NCBI RefSeq assembly: GCF_006345805.1
Contig: NW_021833788.1
Location: 1 to 55,147, forward strand
Origin: Octopus sinensis
Taxonomy: Eukaryota
DNA length: 55,147 nucleotides
Direction: 5' to 3'
The notes beneath the pieces are model-generated. The model saw only the letters and a program-made list of their open reading frames with translations. It searched no databases and was not told where the DNA came from. Below, piece by piece: positions 38,384 through 50,223 of this stretch (positions within the stretch are counted from its first letter, which is position 1; each line of letters opens with the position of its first letter). The position numbers and the translations under genes were made by a program.

Positions 38384-38464
38384 ATGTATATATATTGTAT
38401 ATATATATATGTATATATATATATGTATATATGTATCTATATATATTATATATGTATATATATG

Positions 38465-38496
<32 letters not shown>

Positions 38497-38587
38497 TGTA
38501 TATAATAATATATGTATATTAATATATATATATATATAATATATATGTATATATATATATATGTATATATATATAGATAATATATAG

Positions 38588-38638
<51 letters not shown>

Positions 38639-38653
38639 TACATTATATATATA
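37735..38653. repeat. Long imperfect (TA)n microsatellite
   Basis: Seen directly. Confidence 0.95.
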
Positions 38654-39175
38654 CAGTGTGAAGCGGCTGACCCCTCCCTTGTTCGAAGGTTATAATGGAT
38701 ACAGATCGTGTATCAATAGCTATCTTGATGGCGGTGGCCTCATAGAGCTGACTAGCGGCAGCGATTATTCTTATATCTATAAGAATGCCATATTAATATG
38801 GCGATAACAATTAATTTCCAGTAAACGCTGCCGTTAATCTCTTTTATAGAGACTTAGTAATTTTAATATTTCTATTATTGAAAACAAGTTGATGTATTCC
38901 ACTGAAACTAGGTAAATAGAACCTTCGAACAGAGACGTCAGTGGCGACACCTGCGGGTCTGACTGCGCTACATTGACAAGGGGCAATACCCCGAAACGCG
39001 TCTGTAGCTGTCGGACTGGCAGTGCGAAGCGGCTGACCTCCCTTGTTCGAAGGTTATAATGGATACAGATCGCGTATCAATAGCTATCTTGATGGCGGTG
39101 GCCTCATGGAGCTGACCAGCGGCATCTCTTATTCTTATATCTATAAGAATGCCATATTAATGGCGATAACAATTA

Positions 39176-39178
<3 letters not shown>
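38654..39178 (+). mobile_element. Hammerhead-bearing ~366-nt repeat, 1.45 tandem units (retrozyme-like or Penelope-like terminal repeat)
   Basis: 38654-38817 recurs at 39020-39178; contains a hammerhead and extensive internal complementarity; embedded in (TA)n; second copy at 53540-53828. Confidence 0.8.
38967..39008 (+). ncRNA. Minimal type I hammerhead ribozyme, U3-A8 core variant
   Basis: GCTACA|TTGACAA|GGGG-CAATA-CCCC|GAAAC-GC-GTC|TGTAGC gives stem I, core, stem II, palindromic ACGCGT stem III and a GUC cleavage triplet (cut after 39002). Confidence 0.85.
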
Positions 39179-39226
<48 letters not shown>

Positions 39227-39709
39227 GTATTATATATATATATATATACACATACATATGCATCATATGCACACACATTATATATATATATATATATATA
39301 TACATATATATACACACACACACACACATATACATACATGTATATATATATACATATACACACACATATTTAAACGTTTGTTTAAATAGTGTTTGGTCAC
39401 TTGAAACGAACTTTTGCAGGCATGGTGGGGGGAAATTTTAGTAGTAGTAAACTGGCAGACTTTGGCTGAAGAGAAACAGGCAACTATTTGGTGCTAATTT
39501 CAAAGCCAGTTCCAAGTTGTCCAGTATTGGTTATGCTGAACTAGCAGAGGCAAGATGTTTTTAATATTCACTGGAATTTTTACCTACCATGCCTGTATTA
39601 GATTTGTGACTACTCTGTGGTACAGAAGTATTTCTGACTTCTATTTTTAGTGATGTAGGTGCTCATATGGTGCCTTCATGTATATATATATATATAAGTA
39701 CATATCTTA

Positions 39710-39944
39710 CATCTGAACGTGGCCGATGCCAGCGCCGCCTTGACTGGCTTCTGTGCTGGTGGCATGTAAAAAGCAACCACTACACTCACGGAGTGGTTGG
39801 TGTTGGAAGGGCATCCAGCTGTAGAGACACTGCCAGATCAGGCTGGAGCCTGGTGCAGCCTCCTGGCTTCCCAGACCCTGGTCGAACCATCCAAACCATG
39901 CTAGCATGGAAAACGGATGTTAAACGATGATGATGATGATGATG
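39710..39944 (+). mobile_element. RTE/SINE tail fragment
   Basis: Family sequence with a (GAT)n tail. Confidence 0.8.
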
Positions 39945-40906
39945 TACTTGGTCTACATTTTTTCAGGAAGGGGTTATCTGAAGTGTAGTCTCTTTTAAAC
40001 TGAGCTTCATAACTAAGGAAGAAATTAACACAGTTTTCCCATCATTACAGGGACTTTATTTCTTCTGACTCACAGCTGTCTTTCCATAATTTTAAAACAC
40101 TTTCCAAAAGTTGTTCATCAGCATATTTAATGAGTTCGGTGTGCATTTCTTGGTTGTTTTATATTTTTGTTCATTATTCAATGCTCTGAGTTTAAGTAAC
40201 TCAATCTCTAGTTTCATTTTTTTAGCGCTAATTTCTCCCAAAGTTTTCTTTGCTGTTCATGTTCTTCTGGGATTGGTTTGATTTGTAGTTTGTGTGGCAG
40301 AATTAATGGTGTTAAGTTAATCCATTTTTCATATATTTCTGCCTTATTATTATTTTTATCATGTTCCAAAGCGAAAATTTTCTAGTGTTAAGATTTTTGG
40401 ACCAAATATGGATAATGCGGGTAGTTTTCTGCTAGCCCCTTGATAATATTTTCACATTTGATTCCCAATTCTAATAATTTTTATATTCTACGTATAATTA
40501 TTTCTTTGTATAATAGTACTCACTTGCTTAGTACATATTATTTTCATTATTTTATCATAGTTATAATCTCTCCTAGAAAAACATCATGGTAGTCCAACAA
40601 CAGAGGGAGATTTGCAAAAGGAAAGAATGATTATGAATAGAATATAAAAAAAGGAGCAGAAAGGAAAAGTATTTTAACAAATAACAAGTACAGAGAAAAG
40701 AAGATTTTTTTGAGAGTCAATAAAATAGAATACGAAGGACTATGTTGAAAGGCAGAGATTGGAATAGAAGGATTACAAAATGATAAGTTATATAATCACC
40801 TTTTAAAAGAAACAGATGTAAAAGAAGAAAGGATAGTAAAATTTATAAAAGGGAATGTTGTATATATTATCATTATCATTTAATGTCCATTTTCCATGCT
40901 GGCAAG

Positions 40907-41322
40907 TAGTAGAGTAGTAGAGACAGCATTCACCCGGGGTGGGTTGAGCTGGCTTCATTCATTCTCAGTGCTGCATCTCTCACAAACGCTGACTAGACTT
41001 GGCAATTTGAGGCTAATGACAACGTGATCTCCAACCACTCCTTATTCCAGCAGCGAACGCTGTAGATATAGGGGTCTAGGTTGAGTTCCAGATTAGCCTT
41101 GACTGTCATCAGCCAGGTTTTTCATTGACCACCACATCGCTTTCGCCAACCCTGAAGGGGAGCTTGGGCAATTGCTTCGTAGATGAATTCTCCTGGGTGA
41201 TGACGGAGGGCATGACCCAGCCAACGCAGACGTCTCGTTAGGATGATTTGTCGGAGGGAGGTGATTCTGCACTGGTGTCGCACCGAATTGTTGGAGACAA
41301 GTGATGCCATCGGACACGAAGG
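40907..41322 (-). mobile_element. RTE-type LINE 3' fragment with an 11-bp TSD (ATGCTGGCAAG), inserted in an older tail repeat
   Basis: TSD at 40896-40906 and 41323-41333; encodes RRLRWLGHALR; homologous to 22892-23360. Confidence 0.85.
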
Positions 41323-41656
41323 ATGCTGGCAAGGGTTGGACAGTTTGACAGGAACTAACAAGTCAGATTACTGCACCAAGCTCTGATATCTGCTTTGACA
41401 AGGTTCCTACGACTGAATACCCTTCCTAATCCCAACCATTTTACTGCTCAAATGAAAGTGTGTATACTTGGTGACCACACTTGTGCCAGTGACACACAAA
41501 AGCACTCAATACACTCTGTAAGGGGTTGGCATTACGAAGGGCATCCAGCTGTAAAAGTCATGCCAAAGGCAATGCTTGATAGCATCTTCTGACCTGTTGG
41601 ATCTTGTAAAATGTTCAACCCATACCAGTTTGCTATATGGGCACTAAATGATGATA

Positions 41657-42361
41657 TCTCTATATATATCAACAGCAAAATGTGTGTGTCCTTTATACAA
41701 ATCCGCAATTTTTCAGTTAGAGGGCTCAAACTTTCTATGGTCATTCAAAACCGTCCAAGGGTGGTTGTGAAGATCTTTTCATTTCCCACTTATCCCCGAA
41801 AGCCATTTGAAAAGATCGATACACTTTCAGCCAACAAAAGTCTTTAATACAAGGGACGTAACTCACTTAATCCAGGAGTCTAATCAGAAGATATTAAACC
41901 ATAGCAAGGGAAATAACTCTTTAAAACTCTGCATTTCTCTCCCTTTGTTATGTATCACAACTCAATACGGTACCAGACCAATTTATCCAATTTAGGACCA
42001 GAACTGTCCCAGATTTCTGGATTTTCCAGTTTCTCAGAGAATTTCTAAACGTTTGCTTAAAATCTCTATATCTATAAATGGCAAAATGTCTGTTTTTTGA
42101 TTGGACGGAGATAATTTTACACCTGACAGTTGGATGCACTTGCGCATTTGCAGACAGTCTGTATGACTGCACATTTTTGTGTTTTGCGAAGACGAGTTAT
42201 CATGTGTTTTGGCTTTCAAACGTGCAAGCTTTTTTGATTTGAGAAATGCAGGGAATAATTAACGAGTTAGACCAAGTGAATGACAAGAGAACAGGATTTT
42301 CATGGTAGACCAAATATGCTCGAGTAGCACTGGACTCAACAGCGCTGGGTCATAGTGCTAG
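41657..42361 (+). mobile_element. Non-autonomous Helitron-like element
   Basis: A|TC 5' end, subterminal imperfect hairpin, and CTAG|T 3' end at 42358-42362. Confidence 0.65.
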
Positions 42362-42599
42362 TATATATGTATTTTAGACATATGCCCTGTGCCAGCATCA
42401 TGTAAAAAAAAAAGCAATTTGCAAAATAAAAGGCACCCATTCCAGTGCTACATAAAAAGCTGGCACCACATAAAAAGCACCCAGCACACTCTGTAAAACT
42501 GTTGGCATTAGGAAGGGCATCCAACCATGAAATCATGCCAAAGCAGACAATGGAGCTTGGTGCCACTGTCAAACCATGCCAGTGTGATAAATGGACATT

Positions 42600-44105
42600 C
42601 ATCATCATCATCATTTAGCGTCCGCTTTCCATGCTAGCATGGGTTGGACGGGTCAACTGGGGTCTGTGAAGCTGGAAGGCTTCGTCAGGCCCAGTCAGAT
42701 CTGGCAGTGTTTCTACGGCTGGATGCCCTTCCTAACGCCAACCACTCCGCGAGTGTAGTGGGTGGTTTTTACGTGCCACTTGCACAGGTGCCAGACAGAG
42801 CTGGCGAACGGCCACGAACGGATGGTGCTTTTACGTGTCACCGGCACGGGGCCAGGCGATGCTGGCAACGGACACGAACGGATGGTGCTTTTACGTGTCA
42901 CTGGCACGGGGCCAGGCGAGGCTGGATGGTGCTTTTACGTGCCACCGACATGGGGGCCAGACAGAGCTGGCAAACGGCCACGAGCGAATGGTGCTTTTAC
43001 GTATCACCGACACGGGTGCCAGACGAGGCTGACAGCGGACACGAAATGGATGGGTCACTTAACCCCTGCTTTCTGATATATGATTTGATTTTGATTGTTC
43101 TCACTGGTCTTGCCGGGTCTTCTCACGCACAGCATACTTCCATAGGTCTCGGTCTCTGGTCATTTCCTTGGTGAGACCTAGAGTTCGAAGGTCGTGCTTC
43201 ACCACCTCGACCCAGGAAAACCTGGGTCTACCTCTTCCACAGGTCCCATCAACTGCCAGGGTGTGGCACTTTTTCACACACCTATCTTCATCCATTCTCG
43301 CCACATGACCATACCAGCGCAATCGTCTCTCTTGCACACAACATCTGATGCCTCTTAGGTCCAACTTTTCTCTCAAGGTACTTACACTCTGTCGACTATG
43401 AACACTGACATTACACATCCAACGGAGCATACTAGCTTCATTTCTCGCGAGCTTACGCATGTCCTTGCAGTCAGCACGGCCCATGTTTCACTGCCATGTA
43501 GCATGGCTGTTCGTACACATGCGTCATACAGTCTGCCTTTTACTCTGAGCGAGAGGCCTTTAGTCACCAACAGAGGTAAGAGCTCCCTAAACTTTGCCCA
43601 GGCTATTCTTACTCTAGCCATTACACCTTTCAGCACACCCACCCCCACTACTGACTTGGTCACCAAGATAACGGAAGCTATCAACTACTTCTAGTTTTTC
43701 CCCCTGGAAAGTGACGGAAGTTGTTTTCTGCAGATTTTCAGAGGTTAATGCTCCCGAGCATCTGCCACATACAAAAACCATCTTCCTAGTTAGCCTTCCT
43801 ATGACATTGCTGCACCTCTTATGTGTCCATAGCTTACACTTGGTGCATCTTAGAATTTCTACCTACACCTTTTCTACAGATCGAGCAGGGCCATCTACCT
43901 GAAGGCGTTTGTGATTTGTCTACCTTCCTACTTATTACGACTTTGGTTTTAGCTAGGTTGACTCTAAGGCCCTTCGATTCTAAACCATGCTTCCACACCT
44001 GAAACTTCTTCTCCAGTTCTGATAATGACTCAGCAATTAGAGCAAGGTCATCAGCATAGAGGAGCTCCCAGGGGCATCCTGTCTTGAATTCCTCCATTAT
44101 TGCCT
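42600..44105 (-). mobile_element. RTE-like LINE, 5'-truncated
   Basis: WELLYADDLALIAES, RRLRWYGHVARM, 3' UTR and (GAT)n tail. Confidence 0.92.
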
Positions 44106-44461
44106 AACAGACAGTAAGTTTCTGTACAGTCTCTCCCCACCAAATTCCACAAACAAGGTTTGAGAAATCTAATAATATGGTTGAAAACAACTGCCAAAAA
44201 GTTCATACACACACACACACACACATTTTGCTGTTGATATATATATATAGAGAGATATCATCATTTAGTGCCCATATACCATACTGGTATGGATTGAACA
44301 TTTTACAAGACCCAACAGGTCAGAAGATGCTATCAAGCATTGTCTTTGGCATGACTTTTACAGCTGGATGCCCTTCCTAATGCCAAAATGCCTTAACCTT
44401 ACAGCCATGTCGTGTGTTCTGGTGAAAGTAGTACGTATTTCCATTCATAAACAGAATGCTT

Positions 44462-44730
44462 CATTATCATCATCATCATCGTTTAACGTCTGTTTTCCAT
44501 GCTAGCATAGATTGGACGTTTCAACCGGGGTCTTGGAAGCCAGGAGGCAGCATCAGGCTCCAGTCTGATCTGGCAGTGTTTCTACAGCTGGATGCCCTTC
44601 CTAACTCCAAACACTCCATGAGTGTAGTGGGTGCTTTTTACGTGCCAGGCAAGGCTGGCAACGTCCGCAATCGATTGGTGCTTTTTACGTGCCACCAACA
44701 CAGGGATCACAACTACAATTTCCATTTATT
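44462..44730 (-). mobile_element. RTE 3' UTR/tail fragment
   Basis: Family sequence. Confidence 0.8.
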
Positions 44731-45784
44731 TTAAGCTTCAGTCTTAAAATAACTTACAGACTAATGATTTGTGAACAGATTTTACAGAGAACAAAAAAAA
44801 TTAATAAAAATATTGTCTCAAAAGTGAAGACATAAATACATCATCTCATAACTGTCATCATTTTTATGTCAAATTTTCTATACTTGCACGGGTTAGATGG
44901 AAGTATGTTGGGGAAAAGTTTTCTACAACCAGATGCACTTCCAGTTGCCAACCTCAGTTTGTTTTCAAGTGAGGTAATAATCTTTCAGTGAATCACACAA
45001 CAAACAACCTGGGATGTTTATGGAGAGAACTGAAAATTAGATGACACCATCAGAAATTCCATTGGTTGTGTAGGGTTTAGACAACCGCACGTAAGGAGTT
45101 CGCAATAAATGTCTCCTTAAGAACACTGCACGGTCGTTCCCTAGCATAATATGAAGCCAAATACATAATATATAAAATATAGTTTAATAATTACAGAAAT
45201 ACACTCATTAATAAATTGAAGAACGTGAAGAAAGAGAAAATAATTTCTACATTATTTTATTATATACATATAGCAATTTTAATATTTATATACATTTTGA
45301 AGAAAAGTAATTTTTGTCGTAGAGAATTACGACTATATATTTTAGCTAACTAATTCCTCATTCTAGCTATATTAAATTTCAACAATTCAAACAAGTCTTG
45401 TTGGATATTTCATGGACACGGCATAAAAAATAACCAATGTCTCAAAGGAGTGAGTGTCATGGAGTTTAGTTACATCCCACAAACACTGAAGTTTTTCCCA
45501 AAATCCAGGGTTTTTATAACTGCTCAACTTGACTTTAAAGTATCAAAATCACATAAAAATATTCTTTAACTAACTTTTAGAATTCCTATATGAGCAGTTA
45601 TATTAACCAATGGAAAATCGACAATCATATTTCTTTGGCAATACGACATTACGTCATATTGCCAGCTACCACAACTTGGCGTTACTATTTGAAAATGGCT
45701 ACACACTACAGTTGCAACCAATGAAAGAACACACATGAAGATGATGGATATACAAATCCTCACACATATATATCTATACACACA

Positions 45785-45927
45785 CAATAGGCTTCTTTCA
45801 GTTTTTGTTTATGAAATCTACTCACAAGGCTTTGGTCAACTTGGGGCTATAGTAGAAGACACTTGCCCAAAGTGCCTGCAGTGGGACTGAACCCGGAACC
45901 ATGTGGTGGAGAGGCAAACTTCTTAAC
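45785..45927 (-). mobile_element. tRNA-derived SINE head fragment
   Basis: Minus strand reads CACATGGTTCCGGGTTCAGTCCCACTGC; homologous to 13686-13838. Confidence 0.7.
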
Positions 45928-46250
45928 TACATATCCATGCTAGAGCCTCTGTGTTTCTTATTAATCATACAAAAAGGGATCATTTCTAACTGAAGAATTT
46001 GCTTAGCAGTTATATAAATATGTGATGGGTACAGGCATAGCTTTGTGATTCCTTCTCTACCATATGGTCTCAGATTCAGTCTCACTGGCATGGCACAATG
46101 GGCAGGTGTCTTGTAATAGCCTGGAGCCAGCAAAACCTTGTGAGAAAGAGAAACTGCAAAACCCAATAAATATATATTTATGTGTGTGCATAGAAAAGTG
46201 GTTGTTAAATGACAATGACGACAATGTGTTTGAAACTTCCAATAACTTAC

Positions 46251-46408
46251 TTTTCTCTGTTGCTTACGGGCTGAATTTTATATCATGTCCTCCCAAAGCT
46301 TGTCCTCAGCTTCCTTATTTTTCCGTTGTATTTCTTCTTGGCGTTTAGCTTCTTTACGTACACGAGCTTGAACGCCTTGCTGTTCTCTCCTTGAAATTTC
46401 TTTGGCAT
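46251..46408 (-). CDS. CCDC124: CCDC124 first coding exon (apparent 1-nt deletion and in-frame stop as given)
   Basis: ATG at 46408 gives MPKKFQGENSKA, the canonical CCDC124 N-terminus; after a frameshift it reads VQARVRKEAKRQEEIQRKNKEAEDKLWED..*NSARKQQRK. Donor gtaagt; acceptor ttttcag at 46433, so the exon starts at 46432. Confidence 0.9.
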
Positions 46409-47194
46409 CCTGTAGGGTGTCAGCTTGTCAAACTGAAAAGTAAAAACATATGAAAATAATATGGAATGTTACATATCCATTGAAGTTTTCAAGTAATCAA
46501 AATCTATACCATATTTTCTAACACAGAAAGTTGAATTTTTGGTTAAACTAAAGCGTTTGACCCGGTCATAAAAACAAAAAAAAAAAAAAAGGAAGAGTGT
46601 AATAGGTGAAAAACAATTTCCTCTAAACGAATATGACAAAAAATATGCGTGCTTGCAAAGGGGGGTGGGGGAGAGGCCTCGGAAAATTCACATCTTCAGT
46701 CCATGGCCTTTAAACTATAGTGTTTGACCTGGGCTGGAAAAAAATTAAAAAATAGTGTAATTGGTGTAAAACTACTTGTTCTAAATGCTTATCAAGAACA
46801 CACACAAAGAGAAATGGTTGGTTCAAGGCAAGTGTGCATTGAACTGAATTTAAATAAGCAAGAAAGATATAATCAAAGAAAAGGCCATAGCACCATCTTT
46901 AGTGTTTGTTGTTGTTGTTGTTGTTATTATTATTATTGAGTTGAATGTGTGTGTGTGTGGTGAAGTTAATATCAATATCAATACATTAGCCAACACCATT
47001 GAAGTGAAATAATAGTTTCTATACTTTTGGTTTGGCACTGCTGAATTGAGTCAAAGACCATATAATACAAGTCAGCAGAAAAAAAAAGAAAAATGCAATA
47101 TCCAAAATAACAGTAAAGAAATAAGACCTCCCCCAAACAGTAACCCTTGTGTTTAAAATCTCCATAACAAAAAGAAGAGAGGTTGTTTGGCTAT

Positions 47195-47538
47195 CATTGT
47201 TTAATGTCCGCTTTACATGCTAGCATGAGTTGGACGATTTTGACTGAGGGCTGGCGAACCAGATGGCTGCACCAGGCTTCAATCTTGATCTGGCAGAGTT
47301 TCTACAGCTGGATGCCCTTCCTAACGCCAACCACTCCGAGAGTGTAGTGGGTGCTTTTTACGTACCACCGGCACGGAGCTAGTCAGGCGGTACTGGCAAA
47401 AACCTCACTCGAATCTTTTACACATGCCACCGGCACAGGTGCCAGTAAGGCGATGCTGGTAACGATCATGCTTGAATGGTGTCTTTTACGTGCCACCAGC
47501 ACCGAGGCCAGATAGCCGCTCTGGCAACGATCACGATC
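47195..47538 (-). mobile_element. RTE 3' UTR/tail fragment
   Basis: Same subfamily as the copies at 19459 and 23757. Confidence 0.8.
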
Positions 47539-48790
47539 ACTCCACCAATTTTCCTGCATCATCCGTAGCTTCCTCTGCACTGTTGCTTTTACTGCCTTGA
47601 AACATATAGCCACTGTCCTGTTCGCTGACATGTCAACATTTTGCAAGATGTTAAATGCCTTTCGCTTCTCTTCTAAGACTAATTTCTTCAGCATTATCGT
47701 CAAACCAATCTCGATCCTTTTTTTCAGCAAAGCCAAGAATGTTACTACAAGCCTCATATACTCTTTCTCTGAAATGACTTCCAACCTCCATCACAGGACA
47801 AATTATTTATCTCACTCACAAACTCATTATGTATTGACAGTATCTTAAGTTTATTGACATCAATCCATTTAGGTAACTTGTCATTTGCTCTAACCTTAGG
47901 CTTGACAACATTGGCACTCAAAAGCCTATGGTCAGTCCAGCACTCTGCACCATGCATCACTCGTACAATAGCAAAGTCCCTATTAACTCATTTCCTGGTG
48001 AGGATGTAATCTATAAGATGCCATTTCTTAGAACCAGGGTGCATCCATGTCGTTTTATACTTATTCTTTAGTTGAAACATTGTATTCATGACACACAAAT
48101 CCATCTCTATGCACATTTGTAACAGTAGTAAACCATTACTGTTGGAACTCCCAACCCCATGCTTTCCTAAGACACTCCAAGTCTCCCAAACTGCACCAAC
48201 ACGAGCATTAAAATCACCCAAAATGACAACTTTGTCATCATGGGGGATACTGCATAAAATTTCTGTAAGTGATAGATGGTAGGCAAGTTTATCATCCTCT
48301 GATGAATTCATAGATGGAGCATATGCACTTATGAGTGTTGTATAGTGATCTTTTCTTAATGGAAGTCTTAAAGACATCAAACCATCAGAATGACCACATG
48401 GTAGTTCCTCAAGTCTGGTGTAGCATAGTAAATTCCATTGTCTCGACCACAGTCGAACAATGATGATGAATTCCTCAAGTTTTAAAACCAGAGTTGTTTT
48501 GATAGCAAATCCCACTCCTCATTCTCTCTAACGCTCCAAAGTAAATGATACCCAGCAAATTTCTCTATGAAATTCCCCTTTCCATGAATTCTTGCTTCGG
48601 CTAACACTACAACATCCATATCATATCGCTGTAACTCTTTTGCAATAAGTGCAGATCTTCTTTCTGGACAAGATTTCAGACAATCACTGTCTAATAGCGT
48701 TCGAACATTCCAACATCCTATATTCATAGGTTTGCATCTTAACCTGAGTTTACTCACAGTTGTAGGATGATGACCAGATCCAGGCTATGG
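47538..48790 (-). mobile_element. RTE-like LINE 5' part, decayed APE endonuclease
   Basis: IGCWNVRTL, LISAYAP, ILGDFNARVG and TTWMHPGSKKWHLIDYILTR. Confidence 0.9.
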
Positions 48791-49520
48791 TGCTCTGGGA
48801 CACTTGCCGGGCCAGACCACAGAACAAAATGTTCCATATCCCTTTTTGCCATTTGCTTCATTATCAATATCAACTTTCATTGTTTAGATGTACCTTTTTA
48901 AGCTCTGGCCAACCATGTACATACAAGATGTCCATTTCTTTTACCTCTCCAGCAATACCAGTGCTTGACACTTTTTAAAGCGAGGAAAAGTTTTGCACAG
49001 CAACCATTCCCACTCTCTAAAATACAAAGCATGATCCAAAAAGAAGAGCAAGGCTAACTACAAGACAGCAGTGAAGTATTTAAATTCAGAGTTACTTTCT
49101 CCTAGATAGCTGCCTTCGCAATGACTTGGGTAAACAGAGGAGCTCTATCTACCCTTCATCTATTTATTACTAAAAAAAAAAAACTAAAATAAGAGAAATA
49201 AAAAAAATTTAATTGAGATAAAACTGAGTAAAATTAATCAAATTAACATTCAATATATACAATTTAAAACAATATACAATATGTATACACACAGGTTGAC
49301 ATAAATTATATACTATACATACACGCACACAGTTTAAAATGCAATATATACAATACATACACACAGTGTGTATGCACATATATGTGTGTGTGTGTATATA
49401 TATAAATTTAAAATGAGGGGGAGAAATTAGATATTAATTTAATTAACATCGATTTCACACCAGTGGCCTAGCATATAAAAAGACTGAAGGTTCAGTAAAA
49501 TTGTATTATATATATATATG

Positions 49521-49641
49521 TTAGAGGGAAACCACTATGTGGACACCCTTATGCTAGAAATAGATCCGCTATAGTCTTACCACTAAGACCATAGCGGATC
49601 TATTTCTAGCATAAGGGTGTCCACATAGTAGTTTCCCTCTA

Positions 49642-49642
<1 letters not shown>
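49521..49642. repeat. Near-perfect hairpin, 59-bp arms with a 4-nt loop
   Basis: ttagagggaaacc...gtctta-ccac-taagac...tttccctctaa, with 2 mismatches. Confidence 0.92.
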
Positions 49643-49676
<34 letters not shown>

Positions 49677-49709
49677 ATAATATATATACATATATGTGTG
49701 TGTGTGTAT

Positions 49710-49748
<39 letters not shown>

Positions 49749-49994
49749 TACTGTTCCGTTATTGGTGGAATCAACAAAACTATTACATCGAGTGAGAAAT
49801 AAGTATTTAATCATTACAAGATTTAAATGCGAGCTACAGTGGCTCGCATCAAGATCCTCTAATACTAAATTTTATTTGTGTGTGTTTATGCTTGCACACA
49901 CCTCTGAATGATGCAACCAAAATGAGTAGAAACCCTATAAGCGGTTCAACAACAGTAATTCATGAGACGAAATAGAGTACTGTGCAAAAATACA

Positions 49995-50223
49995 GGGTAC
50001 TACTTGAGAACAGCGGTCCCGGTGCGCGCACTCGCGTATCCGCGCTAGCTAGTCGTGACTAGTCGATCCTTACTTTGTGTTTTTGTGTTATTTACTTTGT
50101 TTAACAAAAATTATTTTTGTGTTTTATTTACTTTGCTAGGTAGTCGTAGGATCGATTAGTCACGACTAGCTAGCGCGGATGCGCGAGTGCGCGCACCGGG
50201 ACCACTGTTCTCAAGTAGTACCC
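49995..50223. mobile_element. MITE-like element with ~75-bp CpG-rich terminal inverted repeats
   Basis: GGGTACTACTTGAGAACAG...CTGTTCTCAAGTAGTACCC around a T-rich core; no clear TSD. Confidence 0.8.
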
